DNA from: Anthoceros angustus
Lineage: Eukaryota; Plantae; Anthocerotophyta
Direction: 5' to 3'
Assembly: GCA_010909165.1 (NCBI GenBank)
Contig: VJWM01000435.1
Location: 1-7,446 of the forward strand
DNA length: 7,446 bases
Below the pieces are notes generated by a model. That model was not told the origin of the DNA, searched no databases, and worked only from the letters and a program-made list of their open reading frames with translations. A program made the translations under genes and the position numbers. This document shows positions 1 through 7,025 of this stretch, in pieces (positions within the stretch are counted from its first letter, which is position 1; the number at the start of each line of letters is the position of its first letter).

Positions 1-370
1 TTAGCAATTTCAAATTTTCAGCATTTAAAACAATCCAGCAAATATTTAAATTTGATGATTGCACCTTTTTATGCCCACGGCTTGCGTTTGATTTGACACA
101 TTTTGATCTTGGCCAGATTCAATAAATTTTATATTTCTCCCGATCTTGGCATTTTGGTGTGGCCGGACTTGATGGTGGATCGCGAGGATCGGTAGCGGTG
201 GAAATTTTTGATGGGATGGATTTGGGCGGAGATCGGTAGCGCGAGATCGAGATGATGCACCGAGGTGCGGAGCCTGATGCGGGGAGAAGGCGGTTTTGTC
301 TCCCGTTTCGTACCGGAAGGCGGCCGCTAGCGCAACCGCCTACCGCGTTCACAAGGCGCGAGAGGGGGCG

Positions 371-419
371 ATTTATAGGCCCGAAATGGGCCTATCCTGT
401 TTTGGCTTTTATTTATAGG
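371..419 (-). promoter_or_regulatory. Plant-type core promoter-like module (two GGCCTATAAAT boxes plus site II GGCCCA), facing left
   Basis: + strand atttataggcc at 371-381 and 411-421 reads GGCCTATAAAT on the - strand. TGGGCC site II at 387-392. On the - strand the TATA is followed by pyrimidine-rich CGCCCCCTCTCGCGCC and a GC/CpG-rich tract (~150-370). Could be a host promoter or the U3 of another LTR. Confidence 0.4.
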
Positions 420-725
420 CCATTTTGTGGCCCCGTCTATTTTATTTTCCATTTTCTTTATGCCTATATTAAGTCCTTATTTATGACTTGATTATATGTT
501 AGATGCTTAAGTTTTTAAGACCTTTTCTTAAGCGATAACTTTAGGTTTAGTGGGAGCCTATTTAACATTTAGGCCTCATTTTAAAGGCTAGACTTCACCC
601 CTATATTCATAGTGAGTGGGAGTGATGAAATAGGTCTAGATTAGGGCACTATTCATTAGGGCCTCATAACTTAAACATTATTATTTACCTAGGGTTATTT
701 AGGTAGTTAGTAGTTATATTAGTTA

Positions 726-790
726 TATTGGTTACAACAACTTACGGTTGCAACTACTTATGGTTGCAACCATTATGGTTTATAACCACC
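726..790. repeat. Degenerate ~16-bp tandem repeat, 4 units, core GGTTGCAAC
   Basis: GGTT anchors at 730, 746, 762, 777 (periods 16, 16, 15). Includes the perfect 14-bp palindrome ATGGTTGCAACCAT at 760-773. Confidence 0.75.
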
Positions 791-1057
791 CAGCCTATTT
801 AAAGGCTTGTACTTTACTCATTAATTACTTACATTGTTCCTTCTTCTTCTAATCTAAGAGCTACAAATTCTCATCATACCCGGATGAGGTGCTAGTCAGT
901 GACGAGTTTTGAAGAGAAATAGAAATCAAATGGACTGCTGACATACCCATGCCTATCCACTTATCCCTTGCAATCCGGCGCCCAAGAGTCAAATACTCTT
1001 GTTTCTCCCTTGGTTGGTTGGCCTTAAAAGGCCAAACCCCCTTGTAGAAACCTCATT

Positions 1058-1218
1058 CCTCTCCTTGCTTGGCCTTGGACTTGGGCTTCTTCTCCTCCTC
1101 TCCTTGGACTTGGATCCCCTTCTGTTGGTCTTGGACTTGGGCTTCTTTGCCTCCTCTCCTTGGCCTTGGACTTGGGCTTCTTCGCCTCCTCTCCTTGGCC
1201 TTGGGCTTGGTCCCCTCT
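1058..1218. repeat. 35-bp minisatellite built from CTTGGN hexamers
   Basis: Units start at 1069, 1104, 1125, 1160, 1195. Consensus TTGGCCTTGGACTTGGGCTTCTTCGCCTCCTCTCC. Spacing is 35 bp except for one 21-bp truncated unit. Confidence 0.9.
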
Positions 1219-1260
1219 CTAGGCCTCAAGCCTTGAGACTTGGGCCTACTTGCTTAAAGA

Positions 1261-1386
1261 GCTAGCGTCGCCTAGCATCGCCTAGCATCACCTAGCATCG
1301 CCTAGCACACTAGGCCTAGCACGGCCTAGCATCGCCTAGCATACTAAGCCCAGCACGGCCTATCAATCCTAGTACGCCTATCTAGC
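1261..1386. repeat. 10-bp tandem repeat (CCTAGCATCG)n with a 34-bp higher-order duplication
   Basis: Near-perfect 10-mers at 1261-1300. 1291-1324 and 1325-1358 match at 31/34. The array decays towards 1386. Confidence 0.9.
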
Positions 1387-1591
1387 GTACACACAACAGA
1401 TCATACCTTGTAACAACAGGAGGGAGTAGCTCGCTCATCGTGGCACAAACACACTCTCCCCACGAGAACAACACGCAAATTCCTCACACATCGCTCTCGG
1501 AGTCATAGCTTTGGCCTCCTCACAACGTTCTTGCATTGCATATCTAGAGGACAAGCTATGATCTGAGCTGTCCTCAATGGAAGGGTCTATA

Positions 1592-1790
1592 TGTTAGAGC
1601 ATAAGCTTAACAATGCTTAGGGTTATGTTATGTTATGTTAATTAGGGTTATATATCCAAAGGTCACTTAGTGAAGGGTTGCTTAGTTTATAAGACCAACA
1701 CTTATTCAATATTTTGTATTCATTGTATATATTCTCAATTTGATATATGCTTCTGTTCTCTTGCACACCGAACATGGTTCTACTCGATCA
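1592..1790 (+). repeat. Putative 5' LTR (~199 bp)
   Basis: Starts TGTTAGAG, ends CA directly before the PBS, AT-rich with TTTATAAG at 1686-1693. The 3' end is fixed by the PBS. The 5' end is inferred only from the TGTTAG start because no second LTR is available for comparison. Confidence 0.6.
1622..1640. repeat. (GTTAT)n microsatellite inside the LTR candidate
   Basis: GTTAT x3 + GTTA, flanked by TTAGGGTTA at 1617-1625 and 1642-1650. Confidence 0.7.
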
Positions 1791-1802
1791 TGGTATCAAA
1801 GC
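1791..1802 (+). promoter_or_regulatory. Primer-binding site complementary to the tRNA-iMet 3' end
   Basis: TGGTATCAAAGC versus canonical plant copia PBS TGGTATCAGAGC (11/12). Lies directly after CA and upstream of the gag remnants. Confidence 0.85.
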
Positions 1803-1855
1803 ACAGCTCTTGATGTTCACCTAGAGACAATGACCAGATCCGGCGCAACCACAAG

Positions 1856-2556
1856 ATGGCGACTACGACCACGTTGCCATCGTGACATCACAATGATTGA
1901 ATCGGAGAGTGTAGATAAGCTCCGATCTCAATCTAAGATCCTATGTAATTCCGCTGCGCAATTGCACGAGAAATTGAAGTATATTTATTAAAGGTCGACA
2001 TTTGGTGTTAGGAAGAGCAGAGATTTCAGCAAAATCCACGATTATTTGTAAATGGCGGGGTTCTTTGAAGCCCAGTGCTTCCTCACACTGGTGTCGAAAT
2101 AATGATTGGAGAAAATCTTTGAGGAAATTATGACGCTTTCTAAATTCTTAATTCACGAAAATGCCTTCTCAAAGGCGATCCAGCAGTGAATAGACGCAAG
2201 CAGCGAAGCAGTCAGTCCATTCCCGAGATTTCGAGGAAGAAGCGGCGGCCTATCTACCCCAGATCGGGGCGAGAAGAGTACCAAGAAATTGCAACATTGT
2301 TTCAGACAATTCTCAAGATCACACAGATTCTTGGAGCATACAGTTACTAAGTGATCGACTTGCGACGCATAGAAAATCCTGCGAGGCTCCTTGCGAGCAG
2401 GGGTTTAAATGTATGCGAATCGCGCCAAGTAATCAATGTGATAGATTCCTTTTCAACGAGAAACCAGACCCGGCCCGGCGCTCACCCAAGGCTCTCATCT
2501 GCTGGAAGTTGTATGCAGTCTGAATCGTCGAGACACAACAATCTCTCGTCTAAGGT
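1856..2556 (+). pseudogene. gag: copia gag, N-terminal and capsid-like part, frameshifted
   Basis: ATG at 1856 (MATTTTLPS*). Fragments in shifting frames: VDKL..N.AA and EIEVYLLKVDIW (like KL.G.NY..W..ME.YL...DLW), and IDLRRIENPARLLASRGLNVCESRQVINVIDSF (like the Retrotran_gag_2 helix ..QLA..G..V.D...V..IL.SL). Confidence 0.7.
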
Positions 2557-3069
2557 GAGAGTTGATGTTTTACCAGCAGCCTGAGCCTGCCGGATGGGGA
2601 CATTATGTGCGGAGACAAAGTTCTGACAGAGTGCTGGATGTCGGGTCGTGTCCAGTTACTAACAAAGATTAGACTACCCACAGCGTAACGATATGGAACG
2701 TCCTGCATTTCCAGCTGGTCAGCATTAGTCGTGGCACATTCATATCTCGTGAGCTTGACACCTACTGCACCTGGAGTAGCGGCTGGATGTGCCTGGCCCA
2801 TGTTGAACTTGTCACTTTACATAATGTATTTATCTTGGTGTATTATGGCGATCCCTCGAGCGGACCCTTGCTTTTAATACCAAGGCGAGAATAGGAGGTC
2901 TCCTTTCGGTCATCTCAGATATTTCCTAACATATAGCGTGTGTAGGCGAGGACGTGTCGTTGGTTGCAAGTATCACGTCGTCTACATAAAGGGCAAGAAT
3001 CACGTAAGTATCCCCTTTCTGCAACACGTACACATTTGAGTCTGCTGTGCATTGGCGAAATCCAAGGCC
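2550..3069 (-). pseudogene. pol: copia reverse transcriptase core to C-terminal part (inverted fragment 1)
   Basis: GLGFRQCTADSNVYVLQKGDTYVILALYVDDVILATND with YVDD at 2977-2988. After frameshifts: HQDKYI, KFNMGQAHPAATP, and DVPYRYAVGSLIFVSNWTRPDIQHSVRTLS. Confidence 0.93.
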
Positions 3070-3079
3070 GGGATGGCCT

Positions 3080-3225
3080 GCACATGACATGTATGCCATG
3101 TATGCATGTGTGCCATGTATGCATGCATGTGTATGGAGATGAAGGATGACATGTGATGTATGTGGACATGTGGCGGGGGATGTGTCATGGCGCATGCAAT
3201 CTATATGCATGATTATGCATGTAGT
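3080..3225. repeat. CATG-rich low-complexity tract
   Basis: 13 CATG tetramers in 3083-3221. TGCCATGTATGCATG duplicated at 3094 and 3111. CATGCATG at 3122-3129. Confidence 0.8.
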
Positions 3226-3587
3226 AGCAGTCTATAAGCGCATATATAGGCAACAAACCTATATTAGAAAATACATAAAATCATAAAACAAGGAAAATGA
3301 ATAGGGCTGTTTAATTGGTTATTATTTGGTAATAGACCAAAGGCCAAGGAGAAAGTAGGATTATAAGTGCCTACCATCGTCGAGGAGGCACTTCATCGAG
3401 GAAGTTCACAGGGGTTTTGCCTATATGGCCATGTGGGCCAGCCATGGATTCTTGAATTGTTGATGTTTGTCTTGTTCTAATAGACAGCCATACTTACGTC
3501 CCTGGCATGTCTTTGTCTCCTAGAGGTTCTTGTGGTTGGTTGCATTACAGGTTGGGAGAATTTCCCAGCTTGATTTCACCTGTTTGC

Positions 3588-3767
3588 GGGTCCCGGGTCT
3601 GCCTCTCTTAGGCAAACCCAGGTCTCTTTTGTAGCCTTGCCCTTGGCCATAGGCCAAGGACAAATTAGAGCTAGGATTGTTGCTCTGGGCGAGGCCAAGG
3701 AGATCATGAAGCTGAAGCTTAGTGACCTAGCTTTGTAGGCAGGCTAGGTAGGCATGCGGCTATCTGC
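3588..3767 (-). repeat. Left arm of long inverted repeat (RNase H tail + 3' flank)
   Basis: Its reverse complement aligns by eye with 6856-7025 at roughly 80% with several short gaps, including a 31-bp perfect match (3637-3667 vs 6954-6984). Confidence 0.9.
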
Positions 3768-4230
3768 AATTTCTTCTTGTGAGAACTCATCTGTGCCTCT
3801 CCTATATCCTTCAGAGCATGCGCTCCCATTCAACTTCCTTTGTGGCATACATGAGAGACTTATATTCAACTCGGTCTTTGGAGAGGGCTATCTTGATACG
3901 CTTCTTGACTCCAGTTGTGTTGCACAGGACAGAAGGAAAGTATCGCGGAGAGACTTTTTGAGTCGCTATCGAAGCCGGATCGACATCGGTGAACCCTTGC
4001 AAAGATAAGTGCCTCTTACCACTTTGCTCACCTTGGCATAGGCCTATGTGGTGAGTCACTTTCGAGATATCGAAATATTCTTTTCTCAGTGGAAATCACG
4101 GCGAGGTGCTCTAGAAGCGTGAAGCAGTCTTTGAGAGGTGGTGCCTGTTCCGGGGAAGAGGCGAGCAAACTCATGTCGAGTCGGGTCCAAGTCCAAAGTC
4201 GTGAGTACTTAATGCTTTCCGTGGTAGACC
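3690..4230 (-). pseudogene. pol: copia RT C-terminus + RNase H (inverted fragment 2)
   Basis: WTRLDM, KRIFRYL (~4064-4084), LQGFTDVD (~3979-3996), KKRIKIALSKDRVEYKSLMYATKEVEW, (L)KDIGEAQ, then IAD..TK...LHDLLGL. The DN..KHID segment appears deleted. Right boundary uncertain (4195-4230). Confidence 0.88.
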
Positions 4231-4423
4231 AGGGCAGAGGGGCAGGCCAAGGACAGCACCTCACAATCAAAGCTCGCGCAATGAAGCGGGATCCTCTAAT
4301 TCCAATTCAACCAAGCGTACAGGTACGTGTAATTGGTGTGGAACCCCTGGCCATTGGGCTCGTGATTGTCGAAGAAGAAAGGTGAGCCTCAAGGCCTCCC
4401 TAGATCTGACCACGGCAAGCTGT
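4205..4423 (+). pseudogene. gag: gag C-terminus with CCHC zinc knuckle
   Basis: Open frame VLNAFRGRPGQRGRP...TGT-CNWCGTPGHWARDC-RRRK. Exact CX2CX4HX4C at 4328-4369. Not in the ORF track because it has no ATG. Confidence 0.9.
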
Positions 4424-4426
4424 TAA

Positions 4427-4915
4427 AGACAAAGCGGTGATACAAGTGGCCGTAGTCAAGATCCTCACGCGATGCTTGTTTACCTCTCTCACGGAGACAA
4501 AACATGGTACACGGATTCCGGTGCCACCTCTCACATCTGTAGAGATGTATCCTTGTTCAGTTCCCTAGTGTATTCCACCACTGTTGACAGGGTATACCTA
4601 GGTGATGAACAAAAAGTCACAAGCCTGCAGATCCAAGGCCAAGGATGCTGCGATTTTCGCTTGAGTGATGAAACAATACTGACTCTCACAGATGTGCTTT
4701 TCGTGCCACACATGGCTAAAAACCTCCTGTCCTTGAGCAGACTTCTGAAGCTCAAGACTTTTGAGCTCACCTCTCAGGATGACTGCTGTTGTTTCTCCAG
4801 GAAAGATTCACCAGCCACTTGTGTCTTCAAGGCTATACCAGATCACGATCTATATCGTCTAGACATCATCTGTCTACACAGTCACAACAAGGCATACTCG
4901 ACAGTGTCAGCAACC
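4427..4915 (+). pseudogene. pol: copia aspartic protease region
   Basis: WYTDSGATSHIC at 4505-4540, plus VYLGD and LTDVLFVPHMAKNLLSLSRL. Same frame as the CCHC knuckle, separated by one TAA at 4424-4426. Confidence 0.92.
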
Positions 4916-5720
4916 TTACAACTAAGCGTAATCATCTATGGCATGCTCGTTTGGGGCATGTCAACAGGGCCACAATGGCTGCTATGTCAAAGTCAAACCT
5001 TTTTAGGGAATCCTTACCTACTGGTTTGAAGGAACTGCCACTCTGTGAGACCTGTGCCCTTGCTAAGCAGAATGAGCAACCTTTTCCTTCTGCTCCTGCT
5101 CACAGGTCTTCAAAACTGCTGGACCTTGTTCACTCTGACATCTCTGGCCGTCTCCAGGTTCCGTCACTTGGAGGGGCAGAATATTACTTGACCATTACCG
5201 ATGACTATAGCCGATATACATGGACTTTTCCCATGAAACGCAAGAATGAAACTTTTCGTTGTTCGAGGTAGTTGCTCTGGTCGGTAGCGGAGGCCTTCTC
5301 CTTAAGATCTTCGATCGATAATGGAGACGAGTTTGTCAACCACTTGTTTACCAACTACAGCGAGAACAAGGCATTATTCATCGACTAATAGTCCCTTACA
5401 CATGAGAATGGAGTTCTTTGAGCGTAAAAAAACCGATGGGCATGACTCGAGCTATGTTATTATGGGCGGGCTTACCTTCTTCCTATTGAGCTGTAGTGAC
5501 CTCCACGTACATCGAGCAGTGCCCACTAGCTCCTTGCTTACGCCACACCTTTTGAGCTTGCTTGGAAGCGGAAGCCAAGTCTCCTTCGAGATTTTTGGAT
5601 CCAAGGCATGCTTACATCCAGAAGCGGGAAGTTGAACAATCGTTCTCATTGCTTAACATTTATTGGTTACGGTGAGCACGTGGAAAACATCTGGTGATCC
5701 AACATCCGACAATTGGTTCT
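4916..5720 (+). pseudogene. pol: GAG-pre-integrase (HHCC) + rve integrase core + SH3-like tail
   Basis: LWHARLGH...CETCALAKQ, LDLVHSDISG, YYLTITDDYSRYTW. After frameshifts: DNGDEF (~5317), NGV.ERK (~5407-5428), IFGSKA, KLNNRS, FIGYGEH. Confidence 0.93.
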
Positions 5721-6221
5721 AGCAAGGCGTTACCTTTGTAGAACCACTTCAACTTTGATGACAGGAAGAGTAGACCTGTCTCAGAATCTATCAATGGTGT
5801 TGATGATGAGCTTGATGAACCTACGGATTGTTTTCCTTCTACCGATGATGCGTCTTTGAACCACACGTAGAGACATGGCGGATCCACCTCCGGACCCTCG
5901 GCACACCGGATCTTTGTTCGACCAACAACGGAGCTTGCACCAGCTCGGATGTTGAGGATGATCTAGATGTACATGACCAAGCAAAGGAGGCACAACAAAA
6001 TATTTTGAAGAGGCTGGCCAACCTTTGTAGATGAAGATGTTGGGCATGAGGTTGCTGACATCCCTCATCCTGTGGCTATTGCCCCTCTGGGGGATGATGA
6101 TCTTTGGTCCCGACGATCACTTCGCCATGGGACCTCCACCTTGAGTGGAAGGAACCACGATACAGATCCATTGATTTCCGCCATCATGCAGGTGCTGTTA
6201 TATCTCTTCCCCTGTTCCGGT

Positions 6222-6690
6222 GAACCTATTAGTCTTCTGAGCTTTCTTGGACGGACAAGAGAAATGGAAATTAGCGATGAGCAGCGAATATAATATGACT
6301 GATCAAAAGCGGTACATGGGCGGTTCCTAGGCCAATAGAAAACCTATTACTTGTAAGTGGGTGTTCAAGCACAAACTCAATGCGAGGGCAAAATAGCAAG
6401 GTACAAAGCACGTTTGTGTGCTCGGGGTTTCACGCAAATTGGCACGGACTATCGAGACATTCTCTCCTGTTCGTGCACAATCCCTAGGTGATATTTGCCC
6501 TAGCGGTGAGCATGATCTCGATGCGGCGGATGGATGTGCACGCTTTCCTCCATGGCATCCTTGAGGAAGAGGCGTATGGACTGGCAGGATATCGATCCCG
6601 CACATCCGATTCGTGTGTCGATTAATCAAATGCCTATATGAGCAGCTAAGTGCGAGGTATAAGCGTTGTGACAAGGCTCTTCCATGGGCC
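6222..6690 (+). pseudogene. pol: copia reverse transcriptase N-terminal part, heavily frameshifted
   Basis: EPISL, WKLAM..EYN.LIKSGTW, NRKPITCKWVFKHKLNA, IARYKARLCARGFTQ, G.DY.ETFSPV, MDV..AFLHGILEEE, VCRLIKCLY, YKRCDKAL. Ends before the YVDD region. Confidence 0.92.
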
Positions 6691-6794
6691 ATGTACATGA
6701 CATCATCAAGCACTCCGGCGCCGGGGCTTATGAGATGCTCGATCGATATCAGTCATTTCGGCATTGGGCTTATGCCGGGATGCTCTAATCGATA

Positions 6795-6935
6795 TCGGAC
6801 ATAGAGTCTTAGGTGCTCTGTTTCCCATACGAGCAACACATAGATGACTATCGCGGCAGCATAGCTGCATGCCTACCTAACATCTGCAAAGCTAGGTCAC
6901 TAAGCTTCCGCTTTTGCTGCATCTCCTTGGCCTTG
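6795..6935 (+). pseudogene. pol: RNase H C-terminal remnant
   Basis: cat acg agc aa cac ata gat resembles H.RTKHID (~6826-6845). It is followed by the ..TK...LLGL tail homologous to 3690-3767. Confidence 0.6.
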
Positions 6936-7025
6936 ACCGAGCAACAATCCTAATAATTTGTCCTTGGCCTATGGCCAAGGGCAAAACTAAAAGAGGCGGG
7001 TTTGCACGAGGCGGACCCGGGACCC
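6856..7025 (+). repeat. Right arm of long inverted repeat (RNase H tail + 3' flank)
   Basis: Reverse-complement homolog of 3588-3767. Confidence 0.9.

Larger units (their letters stand above)
1592..7025 (+). mobile_element. Degenerate, rearranged Ty1/copia LTR retrotransposon (3' LTR not seen in window)
   Basis: LTR candidate plus PBS, then gag, CCHC, protease, integrase, RT and RNase H motifs in the copia-specific order PR-IN-RT-RH on the + strand. Many frameshifts and stops. Confidence 0.93.

Noticed and set aside
119-491. ORFs 119-352 (-) and 252-491 (+)
   Set aside because: No recognisable motifs. They are explained by a GC-rich tract with few stops running into AT-rich promoter-like sequence.
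1058-1218. 35-bp repeats as a CRISPR array
   Set aside because: Units are head-to-tail with no unique spacers. There are no cas genes and the context is eukaryotic.
999-1265. Leu/Gly-rich 88-aa ORF that looks like a membrane protein
   Set aside because: It is a translation of the 35-bp minisatellite. The period is not a multiple of 3, and the start is a non-ATG codon.
1617-1650. TTAGGG telomere-like / telo-box motifs
   Set aside because: Only two isolated TTAGGGTTA copies, mismatched to the telo-box and embedded in a GTTAT microsatellite.
2915-3210. His/Met/Cys-rich ORFs suggesting a metal-binding peptide
   Set aside because: The composition comes from reading CATG repeats. Only the RT portion below ~3069 is real coding remnant.
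3365-3393. AAGTGCCT...AGGCACTT 8-bp stem with 13-nt loop
   Set aside because: A single short stem with a long loop is expected by chance in 7.4 kb, and it has no counterpart in the second copy.
2550-4230. Reverse transcriptase as part of a retron, DGR or other novel RT system
   Set aside because: YVDD, TRPDI, KARL.ARGF and the RNase H motifs are diagnostic of Ty1/copia pol, and all pieces are pseudogenised.
4531-6068. Minus-strand ORFs at 4531, 5452, 5660 and 5781 and + ORF 5839
   Set aside because: Shadow or alternative frames of protease, integrase and linker with no independent motifs.
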